This document shows, piece by piece, positions 45,286-56,377 of a DNA stretch of 64,000 bases. The position numbers and the translations under genes are program-made. The notes beneath the pieces are model-generated. The model saw only the letters and a program-made list of their open reading frames with translations. It had not been told where the DNA came from and did no database searches. Source of the DNA: Piedraia hortae CBS 480.64 (taxonomy: Eukaryota). The number at the start of each line of letters is the position of its first letter. Positions within the stretch are counted from its first letter, which is position 1. The stretch lies in contig MU005971.1 of assembly GCA_010093745.1 (NCBI GenBank), positions 124,001 through 188,000 of the forward strand, in the 5' to 3' direction.

Positions 45286-47915
45286 ATGGTTAAGTGAGTT
45301 ATCTTTGGGACCAGATGTGTTATGGATGTGCTGACTCGGCAGCTTCACGGTTGACGAGATCCGTGGGCTCATGGACAATCCGCTCAACATCCGGAACATG
45401 TCCGTGATTGCCCACGTTGACCATGGCAAATCTACCCTTACCGACTCCCTTGTCGAAAACGCAGGAATTATTTCGTCCCAGAACGCTGGAAGGCAGCGCT
45501 ACATGGACACGCGCCCTGACGAGCAAGAGCGTGGCGTAACGATCAAGTCCACTGCCATCTCGCTCTACGGCCAGCTGGCTGACGAGGAAGATCTGAAGGA
45601 GATTCCGGTCAAGACCGAGAAGAACGAATTCCTGGTCAACCTGATTGACTCGCCCGGCCACGTCGACTTTTCTTCTGAGGTGACTGCCGCCCTGCGCGTT
45701 ACCGATGGCGCCCTGGTCGTGGTCGACACTATCGAGGGTGTTTGTGTGCAGACAGAGACTGTGCTTCGCCAGGCACTGGGTGAGCGCATCAAGCCCGTTG
45801 TCATTATCAACAAGGTTGACCGTGCGCTTCTGGAACTGCAGCTCTCAAAGGAAGACCTTTTCCAGAGCTTTTCCCGTGTCATCGAGTCTGTCAATGTCGT
45901 TATTGCCACATATTTCGACAAGGCGCTTGGTGACGTGCAGGTGCACCCGGAAAAGGGCACGGTTGCCTTTGGTGCCGGTCTTCAGGGCTGGGCCTTCACG
46001 ATTCGCCAGTTCGCGGCCAAGTACGCCAAGAAGTTCGGTGTTGACAAGAAGAAGATGATGGAGAGGCTTTGGGTAAGTTTAAAGAGTCCTGCAGCTCAGC
46101 AATAACTAATACTCGTGGTAGGGCGATAACTACTTTAACCCAAAGACCAAGAAATGGACAAAGACAGGTACCCACGAGGGCCAGACTTTGGAACGCGCCT
46201 TCAACCAGTTCTGCTTGGACCCAATCTTCCGCATTTTCCAGACCGTCATGGGCGGCAAGCAGGATGAGATTGACAAGCTCCTTGAGAAGCTCGAAATCAA
46301 GATCAGCAAAGCGGACAGGGAGAAAGAGGCGAAGAAGGTGTTGAGGGCCGTCATGCATGGCTTCCTGCCGGCTGCTGATGCACTGATGGAGATGATGATT
46401 CTCCACCTGCCGTCTCCTGCCACGGCGCAAAAGTACCGCGTGGAGACGTTGTATGAGGGTCCCCTTGACGATGAAGCAGCTATCGCCATTCGCGACTGCG
46501 ATGCCAAGGCAAAGTTAATGTTATACGTGTCCAAGATGGTGCCGACCTCGGACAAGGGCCGATTTTACGCTTTCGGTCGCGTCTTCTCTGGCACTGCCAG
46601 GCCGGGTCCGCAGGTTCGTATCCAGGGTCCCAACTACACGCCTGGAAAAAAGGAAGACTTGTTCATCAAGTCTATTCAGCGTACGGTGCTCATGATGGGC
46701 CGCAACACCGAGCAAATTGACGATGTCCCGGCTGGAAACATTCTCGGCTTGGTCGGTGTTGATCAGTTCCTGCTTAAGTCTGGCACTCTGACAGAGTTCC
46801 CAAACGCACACAACCTCAAGGTCATGAAGTTCTCTGTTTCTCCCGTCGTGCAGCGCTCTGTGGAGGTCAAGAACGGCAGTGACCTGCCCAAGCTGGTCGA
46901 AGGTCTCAAGCGCCTTTCCAAGTCTGATCCTTGTGTGCTGACCTACATTTCCGAGTCCGGCGAGCACGTTGTTGCCGGTGCTGGTGAGTTGCATTTGGAA
47001 ATTTGCTTGAAGGATCTTGAAGAGGACCACGCCGGTGTACCGCTGCGTGTGTCTGACCCCGTTGTTCAGTACCGTGAGAGCGTCAACGCCGAATCACGCA
47101 TGCAGGCTTTGTCAAAGTCACCCAACAAGCACAACCGTCTCTATGTTGTGGCCCAACCTCTGGGCGAGGCTGTTTCCAAGGATATCGAGTCTGGCAAGAT
47201 TGGTCCTCGTGATGACTTCAAGGCTCGCGCGCGCATTCTGGCGGACGAGCACGAATGGGAAGTTACAGACGCGCGCAAGATCTGGTGTTTCGGGCCCGAC
47301 ACCAACGGTGCCAACGTTCTGGTTGACCAGACCAAGGCCGTGCAGTATCTCAACGAAATCAAGGATTCCGTCGTCTCCGGGTTCCAGTGGGCCACTAAGG
47401 AAGGACCGATTGCTGAGGAGCCTATGCGCTCCATCCGCTTTAACATCATGGACGTGACGCTCCATGCCGACGCCATCCATCGTGGCGGTGGACAGATTAT
47501 CCCTACGGCTCGTCGCGTGCTTTACGCAGCGACGCTCCTTGCTCAGCCCGGTCTCCTTGAGCCCGTCTTTCTGGTGGAGATTCAGGTACCTGAGCAGGCC
47601 ATGGGCGGCATCTACGGTGTGCTCACGCGAAGGCGTGGCCATGTCTTTGAGGAGGCACAGCGTCCTGGCACTCCTCTCTTCAACATTAAGGCATACCTTC
47701 CTGTGAACGAGTCCTTTGGCTTCAACGCCGACCTTCGCCAGGCCACTTCGGGTCAAGCTTTCCCCCAGTCCGTCTTCGATCACTGGCAGATCCTCCCAGG
47801 TGGCGACGTGACTGATAAGACCACAAAGCCCGGACAGATCGTCGAAGCAATGCGGAAACGGAAAGGTCTCAAGCCGGATGTGCCTGGCTACGAAAATTAC
47901 TACGACAAGTTGTAG
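45286..47915 (+). CDS. EFT2: Translation elongation factor 2 (eEF2), 843 aa, 3 exons
   Basis: Introns 45294-45342 and 46073-46121. MVNFTVDEIR start; motifs [17 protein letters not shown]; diphthamide loop [16 protein letters not shown] end. Confidence 0.98.
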
Positions 47916-48170
47916 GCGCCTATTGAATGAAAGGCTTGCAGTTAGCCTAGTCTTCGAATAGAATGTCAAGACTGGCTGAGTTAGACTGATCAATGAAAGT
48001 GATTTCTTCATGGGCATTGTCACTTCTCTTTGCCAGTAAGCCCACAGCTCAACTACAAAGCGCAAGTGGCGGTTTAGATCCGTCCCTATCAATGAACCTG
48101 TATCATGGAAGCAATCTGCTTTTCCAGTCCTTCGGCATCGTAAGATAACACAAAAGCAAGCCCTGCAAAC

Positions 48171-48230
48171 AAAAGAAAGAAAAAGAAAGAAAAAGAAAGA
48201 AAAAGAAAGAAAAAGAAAGAAAAAGAAAAA
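48171..48230. repeat. Tandem repeat (AAAAGAAAGA) x ~6
   Basis: Five perfect 10-bp units plus one variant, between the convergent 3' ends of EFT2 and the next gene. Confidence 0.95.
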
Positions 48231-48292
48231 GATACATAACATCGTAAGAAAACAGATCCCATGCCAGAAAGGAAACAAAGAAAGTGAAACCC

Positions 48293-49001
48293 TCACCTGA
48301 CCCCATTTCTAACAGCATCCTCATACCTCGGCGAGGGTAAGTTGCCCGCGTCCGTGCCCGTTTCTGTGACCTCCACCGCCTTCCAATGCAGATATTTCGG
48401 ATCCACCCGAACACTGTTCCTCCAACGACCGTATGCGGGTGGGGGCTGCGTTAGCGACCTCCCCCTTGGCTCCGTAAGTAGTTCTTGCTGCGTAAGCTGC
48501 CCCTGGCCTATCGGTCGTCGTTGAGATCCAGGGCTGTCGAGCTCATCCCAAATCTCCCCGATTCCGACTCTATCTGCAGAATTATCGTCCTCCTGAACAT
48601 GCACCCGTATGGGTCGGGCAGGGAGGAAAGCACCCTCCACCTCCTCCTCACGTAGCTGCTGCGAGGGTCGCAATTCCTCGATACCAACCTCTGGGTCAGA
48701 AGAGAGGTTACATCGATGGAAGATCCAGCAGCGGAGAACGAAGAACAGAAATGCGAAGAAGATGGAGAAAAATATCATGCCGAAGATAATGTTGAATGCA
48801 GCTTCGTGGCGTGTACTGGGAACAGAGATGAGTAGGGCTGAGTCTGTGGATTTCCAGGTTAGATTTGGGAGGAAGGATGTAGCAAGAAGGGACGCTTCGC
48901 TACATACAGGCTATGGCGATGACGAGGACGATTACGCCAGTGCAGAGGATGAAGGGTCCATGATTTGGGGTCCTTTTGGGGTTCGGGAGATTCAATTTCA
49001 T
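48293..49001 (-). CDS. Hypothetical two-transmembrane protein with PPxY motif (214 aa, 2 exons)
   Basis: ATG at 49001 and intron 48844-48907 (GTATGT...CTAAC...CAG) extend the 161-aa ORF in frame. Two hydrophobic segments, then PPPAYGRWRNSVRVDP. Confidence 0.75.
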
Positions 49002-49298
49002 CTTCGATCTGCTCCACGCTCAAAGGTGGATGCTGTTTAAGAAAGAGGGTCGACGGAGTTGGTCAAGGAGGGTCGCGATGAAAGAGGGGGCCAAGGACTA
49101 GATTCCTGCTATACGTATATAAGGGAGTGGCAGTATGTACGTTAGACGCCGTCCTGGCGTCTAGTTGGATTTCTGCCATGTTTCGGTTTCCTGTAGAGGG
49201 CGGCGGTTCTGAAGGGCGTCTATTGTTAGGGTTAGTATTGTGCAGGTAATGAGGTCACAAGCTGCGAAGCTCTTGTGTCTCAGCATGATGACAACGAT

Positions 49299-50921
49299 AT
49301 GAAGGGCGACCAGAACGAGCGGAGCGGTACAGGTTCCGGGTTTGCCGTCGTGGTGATCATCTTGGCCGGAGTATCGGCACTGATTGCATGTTTGCTGACC
49401 GTCGTGGCAGTGCTGCTGCAGGCGAAGAACTATCGCAAACCGCTGCTCCAGCGCTATGTGACGCGCATCCTCCTCGTCGTACCTATCTTTAGCGCTGCAT
49501 CATGGGCGAGTCTAACGTCGCTGAGGGTTGCGTTCTGGATCGATCCCTTCCGTGACGTCTACGAAGCCTTCACCCTTTACACCTTCTTCCAGCTGCTCGT
49601 TAACTTCCTCGGTGGGGAGCGTAGTCTGATCATCATGATGCACGGCAGGGCTCCGGTGCCGCATCTGTGGCCTCTCGGTGCAGTGTTGGATAAGGTCGAT
49701 ATTAGCGACCCGCACACTTTCCTCAGTATCAAACGCGGGATTTTGCAGTACACATGGGTCAAACCCATCCTTGCCGTTGCTACTGTAATACTGAAAGCCA
49801 CTGGCACTTTCCACGAAGGCATTATTGGTGTAAAGTCCGGGTACTTTTGGACGAGCTTGATTTACAACGTTAGCATCTGTTGGTCGCTCTACGACCTGGC
49901 GCTCTTTTGGTCTTGCATGTCGTCAGATCTGAAGCCGTTTCGCCCCATGCCAAAGTTCCTTTGCATCAAGGGTATCATTTTTGCCTCTTGGTGGCAGGGC
50001 TTCTTCTTGTCTATACTTGTATGGCTTGGAGCCATACCTTCAATCGGTGGAGGCTACACTGCTGACAACCTTGCAGCAGCCATTCAAGACGCCCTCATCT
50101 GCTTTGAAATGCCCTTCTTTGCTCTCAGTCATTGGTATGCCTTTAGCTGGAAAGATTACGAAGACAAGTCCGTCAGCAATGCTCGAATGCCCATACGTTA
50201 CGCGCTCCGTGACGCTTTTGGGGCAGGAGACTTGGTTGCTGATGCCAAAGAAACGCTCAGTGGCGCAAAGTACGATTATCGCAATTTCGATTCAGTAGAC
50301 AGTGCTATCACACACGAGGAGTCCAGTAGCAGAAGGGCACGCATGCGTCAAGGTTTGCGGTATGAAAGGAACGGAAGAGGAAAGTACTGGATTCCGACGG
50401 ACGATACTAACGATACCGAGCCGCTCCTTGGGAGCGGGCATGCAAGGACAATGTCGCCTCGTGGGGGAAGGCGCACCATTAATCCCCCTCGCTACGGAGC
50501 AACAGAAATAGAAGAGACTCAGATCGATCCCGAGGAGGAGAGACTATACTCCAAAGCCCGAGACCTTGAGTTCGGAGACTGGAACTATCCCGTCATAGAC
50601 CCACATTATGCTACGGGTGCCAGGTCTCTGCCGCACCATGAAAGGCGTGAAAGTGAGCAAGGGGAAGATACGCTGGATGCTCTAGAGCGGACGGTGGAAC
50701 ACCTTCCCGGCATGTCTGTCCTGATACGCCAAGACTCCAGTGATAAACAATCCACCAAGTCTCGTTCCAGCCAGCTCGTTGATCTGGTGGTAAAGGACGA
50801 TGAGCACGGAGAGCAACTGCCCACACATGACACTGCTGGCAGGGACAACACATCTGTAGGTGATGAAAGACCACCTTCCTCGGGTCCGTTTGCAGATGAA
50901 AGGGATGCTTGGAACGTTTAA
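49299..50921 (+). CDS. HFL1: TMEM184/OST-alpha (DUF300) family membrane protein, Hfl1-like
   Basis: Motifs NYRKPLLQRY, RDVYEAF, KRGILQY, PKFLCIKGIIFASWWQG and QDALICFEM. The C-terminal LYSKARDLEFGDWNYPV resembles the Hfl1 Atg8-binding segment. Confidence 0.85.
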   Translation: MKGDQNERSGTGSGFAVVVIILAGVSALIACLLTVVAVLLQAKNYRKPLLQRYVTRILLVVPIFSAASWASLTSLRVAFWIDPFRDVYEAFTLYTFFQLLVNFLGGERSLIIMMHGRAPVPHLWPLGAVLDKVDISDPHTFLSIKRGILQYTWVKPILAVATVILKATGTFHEGIIGVKSGYFWTSLIYNVSICWSLYDLALFWSCMSSDLKPFRPMPKFLCIKGIIFASWWQGFFLSILVWLGAIPSIGGGYTADNLAAAIQDALICFEMPFFALSHWYAFSWKDYEDKSVSNARMPIRYALRDAFGAGDLVADAKETLSGAKYDYRNFDSVDSAITHEESSSRRARMRQGLRYERNGRGKYWIPTDDTNDTEPLLGSGHARTMSPRGGRRTINPPRYGATEIEETQIDPEEERLYSKARDLEFGDWNYPVIDPHYATGARSLPHHERRESEQGEDTLDALERTVEHLPGMSVLIRQDSSDKQSTKSRSSQLVDLVVKDDEHGEQLPTHDTAGRDNTSVGDERPPSSGPFADERDAWNV

Positions 50922-51101
50922 GATTTCAGAGCATGATTAGCGGGCGTTTTGGAGGATTTGTTGTTCATGTTTAATGTTCGATGTCTGAGCTGGACAGATG
51001 AAGTCGTTGGTGGGGCAGATCAGCGGGACGGACCGAACACGGCAATTCTTATCAGATGGCCGACGAAAGATTGATTTCACCGACCACGCAACTTGAAGAC
51101 C

Positions 51102-52631
51102 ATGGTTTCTCTTCCAGCCAAGTCGACGGGGCCTCATCCGTCAAAGATCCATACCGCTGCGCCGTATGTAACGCAAGGCTACATTGACCGCCGGCTTTTT
51201 CCGCCCAACATTTCGGGTGACGTGCAACTACGCAGTGCGGCAGAGGCGCGCGAAGACCGCGAACGTCTCCTCGGCGTGACTTACATAGACCAGACGCGGC
51301 GAGCGCTTCATCTGCCTGTTCGCACTTACACGACGGCGTGCACGCTGTACCACAAGTTCCGCCTGGCCCATCCCGGTGCCGACTACTTGTGGACCGATGG
51401 CGCCGCCGCCAGTTTGCTTGCTAGCTGCAAGATAGAAGACACGCTAAAGAAGAGCAGAGACATTCTGGCGGCAGCGTGGAATCTCAAAAACGGCGGCATA
51501 GCTCTTGACGAGCAGATGGCCGCTGACGACACTTATTTTGATCTGCCCAGTCGCACTGTTATCGGCGTTGAGCGGCTCGTTCTCGAGGCTAGCGGTTTTG
51601 ACTTCCGGTCAAAATACCCACACAATCTGCTGGTGCGCTTGCTGAAGAGCATGGGGCCGCAGACGGATGATGGGGCTCGGCGCATAGGCCGCACGGCCTG
51701 GACGGTCCTGACCGACCTCGGTCGAACATTTGCCTTCTTAAAGCAGACGTCGGCCACATTGGCCATTGCTAGCATTGAGCTGGCAGCCCGTATAGAGGGT
51801 GAAGCCGGTGACGCCGTGCTGCAGCAGGTTCTCGCGCTCGATTTGTCCACATGGGCTACCAGCAGAGAGGAAATTGCAGAAACCCTACTGGACGCCCTGG
51901 ACCTCTACACCCAACACGCTACGAACTCCATCCTAGGCACTAAGTTCCATCTAAACGATTGGATCAAGCTCCGGCTGGTGGTGCAGGAAAAGTGCGACCA
52001 GGCTGGCTATCCGCGCTACACCGAAGGTCCGAGCCGGGGCAGCCTGTACTGTAAGACAAAAATGGTCAACGGACACCCAACGCCCGTTTCCCCGACCTCC
52101 AACGGCCATCCCTTGAGTGAAGCCTCTTTCCCCGCCGTACCCGAAGGCGGCGGCACCCTGCGCTTCATGCTGAACCCCGTCCTCGCCGCTGACGAAACTG
52201 CAATCGTGCAGCGTTACTTCATTGACGAATGGGAAGAATACGAAGAAGAAGTCGACGTCACAGTCGCTAGCCACGACCGCGAGGGCAGAGATCGATATAC
52301 AAACTATGCCTCCCGAGCTGAAAACAGAAGACCGCCTGTCAAAAGACCCATTGACGATTCAAGAGACTATCGTGACCGTGACCGCGATAGAGACAGGGTC
52401 AGTGACAGGGGAAGGGATAGGGATGGAGAGTGGGGCTTCGCACAATCGGCCTCGCACTCTCGCTCATACGCCGGTAGCACTCCCGCTGGGGATGCGCAGA
52501 GAAGAGATATGCGGCGTAACTACGAGCGTAGGACGTACCCGTATGAGAGGAGGGACGATAGGCGCAGCAGAGGTGGTTATCATACTGGTGCGTCGAGATA
52601 TGACGATAGAAGGGGTGGACATGCCAGGTAG
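51102..52631 (+). CDS. Transcriptional cyclin (cyclin K/Ctk2-like) with RD/RS-rich tail
   Basis: Cyclin box (LHLPVRTYTTACTLYHKF...ASCKIEDTLKKSRDI...ERLVLEASGFDF) and an RDRDRD low-complexity C-terminus. Confidence 0.85.
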   Translation: MVSLPAKSTGPHPSKIHTAAPYVTQGYIDRRLFPPNISGDVQLRSAAEAREDRERLLGVTYIDQTRRALHLPVRTYTTACTLYHKFRLAHPGADYLWTDGAAASLLASCKIEDTLKKSRDILAAAWNLKNGGIALDEQMAADDTYFDLPSRTVIGVERLVLEASGFDFRSKYPHNLLVRLLKSMGPQTDDGARRIGRTAWTVLTDLGRTFAFLKQTSATLAIASIELAARIEGEAGDAVLQQVLALDLSTWATSREEIAETLLDALDLYTQHATNSILGTKFHLNDWIKLRLVVQEKCDQAGYPRYTEGPSRGSLYCKTKMVNGHPTPVSPTSNGHPLSEASFPAVPEGGGTLRFMLNPVLAADETAIVQRYFIDEWEEYEEEVDVTVASHDREGRDRYTNYASRAENRRPPVKRPIDDSRDYRDRDRDRDRVSDRGRDRDGEWGFAQSASHSRSYAGSTPAGDAQRRDMRRNYERRTYPYERRDDRRSRGGYHTGASRYDDRRGGHAR

Positions 52632-55199
52632 CTTTTTCCGTGTTTTGGGGGTTGAATCGTGTGCTACTAGTGTAATAGTTTCGTCACGGAAAGTTTGTGT
52701 CGAAAAACGACCCTTGCTATGGGATACATGACTCAGCCGTTAGTGGGATTTTGTGATAGAATTTTGCGTCTGTGGGCACGGTTCAGCAGTCGGCTCTGGC
52801 ATTGAGCTATTCCCGGTATACGAATGTCTTGGCGTTTCCCTCACGAGGCTTTGGGGGGGGGGGAAGGAGTCGGGTTTCCAAAGTCTACAACAAGAGCACG
52901 TATATAATTTGGGCTCTTGGTAGTCAAACGTCTCGAATGTCCTTGAAACACTGGAACACTGGGTGGCCATGCTCAATGAGGTCTGGCGTGAAGCCCCATT
53001 TCTATAAACTTGTAACCATTGGTATCACTTATGACTTGGCGAATGAGCTTCTAGTCATAAGTGTCATGAACTGCCACGAAAGCTGTCAACCAAAGATGGG
53101 AAAGGGGTAGGAATCAAGTACATGACCAGTCAGACCTTCCGGTACTGAGGTAAGGTTTACCGTTGCTCAACAGGAATGCCTCTGGTCAGCTTTAGGGCAG
53201 GGGCTATGCCCCCTTTAGCGGGTCTTCCATTACTATAAGTATTTGTAATCGCCGATTAGGCATTTCCCTCCACACTGTCCTTGCTCTCACTCTCGGTGTC
53301 CATTTGTGCATAACGCTATGCAGTGAAAATAATGTACACGCGAAGAAAAATTCACACGAGCAATGGCTTCGATCCCGTCCTCGTCTGTCAGCTATACAGA
53401 CCTTTCGCGATGAAGCTTCGGCCCACTAACAACGTCATTTGCTTTGAAGCGACCGACTCATCACTACAGACATCATCAAAATTGATCAACTGCTGGCCAA
53501 ACATGATCCTTTTGAGGCTTACAAATTGATCGACGACAAGCTACATGTGCCCTTGATCACGCTAATGACGAGAATACTTTCACACTGGTCACGAAGTACA
53601 TATTATCGGACCATAGACCGCGGACAGTTTCGGGCGACCCGTGGCGAGGATGGTAGAAATATGACACCCTAACTTCGAGATGATTGAGGTATGGCGTGTA
53701 GCTAAAGACAAAAGATAGGCAAGGTATAAACTGCATGGAAATGCTTTGTGATCAACTGTGCAGCAGCTGGTCTCTGAACATGAACACCAATGCTAGTGGG
53801 GAGTCAACAATCCAGAACTCTGACACAATGGCTTCACCTGGCGCTTAATACTTGCATGCACAGCTGGCCGTTTGAAACGTAAAGGACAGAAAGACCAGCT
53901 CAAGCGACCTATTCGTTTCAGGTGGGAAGAAGCTCAAAGGCGATGGTTTACTGTGCCCCAGGACCGCCGATGGATCAAAAACAGCCACGACTGGGGGCGC
54001 CGATACGAGACGCTTAAATCTCCCTGAAGTGTGGGAAGCGAATATAACAAACGACTGTGTTACTACACACAAGAGGATGGAAGGGTATGTGCCGCTGTAT
54101 GTGTCGGGTATGGGAAGGCCTAAGCAAGCCTTGCACCACTTCTAAAAAGTTTGGAGGTCGATCAAAAGTTGGATAATTCGATATGCGAGTGACCTTTCGA
54201 ACTTTGGAGCTTTTAAAAAGCCCTGGCGGGACTGTCTATCTTCCACTATATGTGCCTTTAAGATGATATTCTAAGACATATTACTTGACCGCGGGGTTGT
54301 CAAACTAGATTGGATGCGGAACACTTCCCAACAAATTCGGTCATTGCAAATGATACATCCTGACATAGGTCGAACGCCCCAAATCACGGCATTACCAAAA
54401 GCGAGTTCTGAGTCCAACAATGTCAGGATTTCTGGCATGGTTGCTCAGATTGATCCAGATGTTGACAGTGTTTTTTGCAGTCCGTGTTTTTGTCCATTCC
54501 CTTTTCTTGTCAGCCTGAAACTGGATGGAGAAGTCGGTTTAAGGTGGAGGGTTTCAAACTATGCCATCAGGCGAGGATTGCGGCGGAAATGGGGCGAGTT
54601 TGCGCACTAGCAGGTTTGAACATAGGGATTTGGTGCCTGAGAAATTGGTGGGAGGAGGTCTGCGAAAGAACCTGGCTATCAGAGTAGGTTCCATAGACAA
54701 GAATTCATCCATTCTAGCTAGCGCCCAGCGCGGCTCTGGTCTCATGGTCATCATTAATGAAAATCAGCACCGCCTCCGTGCCCATCAGGTACTTCAATGA
54801 CTGATGCGCTCCAACAGAGAATGTCTCCGAGTATCTCCGACAAGAGTCTCATCGCGGCAGCCATGGGAGGGGTGGTGTCCATGAAGCAGGCCAGCTGATC
54901 CTCTAGGTCTCTCATTCCACCAGAGGCCCAGGTCTTGACGCCCCTCCTTTGCCGCTTGGGTAGCGGTCCGCATGAGAGGTCCCGCAACAGACGGGCGGCG
55001 GAAGAAACGACGACAAACGCCGGTGCCGCATTTTCATCATTGGCTCCGGGTTCGTCGTGGGTCAAAGGCAAGGGCAAGGCCTATTGTTGGCGCGGATGAG
55101 CTTGACGGAGACCGTTCCACAGAGGCGGAGCGATAGGTGAAGGTCCATTGGCCAAGTCGTCGACGCAGAGTGTCGTCAGTTTTCAGCTAACCTCAGAAA

Positions 55200-55561
55200 T
55201 GTAGCGATAAGGCCCTCGTGGATGGGTGCGCAGCGGCCCGAACTAAGAGGACGAAGCGATAGACGGAAACAGGAACAGGACAGATGTAGATGGATGAGTC
55301 AATACCAGTGTCAATATGACAGAGTGAATGACTATCTATCTCAAAATGAGGGGACGTCAGAATGAAAATTCAGTACCGGTGGGCCGGTGACGTCACGCCG
55401 TACACTAGTAGGGCGCATTCGCCGTGTCACACATGACAAGACCCTGAGGGGAAAACACTGTGAAGGAAAAACCTAGGGTGCAGCTGGTAGTGTAAGAGGT
55501 ATCGCTGACTTGCTATGCAAGTGCCCCGCATACGCGCTAGCGGCGATACTTGAATCCAACA
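55200..55561 (-). mobile_element. Solo LTR, family 1 (362 bp)
   Basis: TG...CA ends, flanked by AGAAA / AGAGA (4/5 TSD). Homologous to 39196-39555 and 35192-35602. Confidence 0.92.
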
Positions 55562-56377
55562 AGAGAGATCTTGATGAAGTGTTGTGAATATGCGGTATAT
55601 TACGCGCATTATTAGTAACCGTCGCTCGGCTCTCGACTTCACGCGTCAACTAGTTTTCCGTAGAGATTTGTATGCAGGTACACATCTGCTCACAATTATA
55701 ATATGAAGTTTCTGATTTTTAACTTTGCCGCCGTGAACTCCTCTTCTGTCGCACAGCCCTTTGATTCATGCCCCGCCCAATCTGTCTTTCTTCATTGTCC
55801 AAATCGAACAATCTGGTATGTTGCCTGTTTCTGGGCGTCTACATGTCGCAATTTGCTTCTCTTCGGTAAGTATATCGTGGACGGACGCCATGTGCGCTGT
55901 ACACGCCCCAGAGCTGAACCCCGAGTCGCTGCTCTTCCCGTGCCATCTGGCTTCTCTTAAGACGACCAGCGCGCTTATGACCTCGCTGCGCTATTTGAAA
56001 TTCGGGCCACTCTGCTTCCACTTTGAGCTTATTCTATGTCATTGCTGCGTGAGGAAGGATGTTGCGAAGAAAAAAAGCGCGGAAAAACGGCTCGGAAATA
56101 TTCATTTCTTCCTGCGCTAACTAAATTACACTAGTCTTCTTTGAAGACTTTGAAGAAATGATAGTTATATATAAATTGCAGCGTTCGGCCCGTCCTGTCA
56201 CGGATGTAACCCATACATAAGGTTCATTCCGCGATTTCAAACTTGACATGGTGTGACAAGTGGACCGAATGGCTTGGCAGCATTTTTTTTTCTGCCACTC
56301 CAGTATTACGAAATGAATTCTACAAAACCACATCCACATCCCCGTGCCCACTCCGCGGCACAAGCACTCCAACCACT

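Noticed and set aside
45499..45512. eEF2 RYMDTR lacking the Thr56 phosphorylation site
   Set aside because: As I recall, Met at this position occurs in other fungal eEF2 proteins, so it is not unusual alone.
47118..48296. 392-aa minus-strand ORF
   Set aside because: Antisense shadow of codon-biased eEF2 extended through the A-rich microsatellite (poly-Phe); no independent coding signal.
35192..55561. Direct family 1 LTRs as the two ends of one 20-kb element
   Set aside because: The interval contains core genes, the copies differ substantially, and the 55200 copy has its own TSD.
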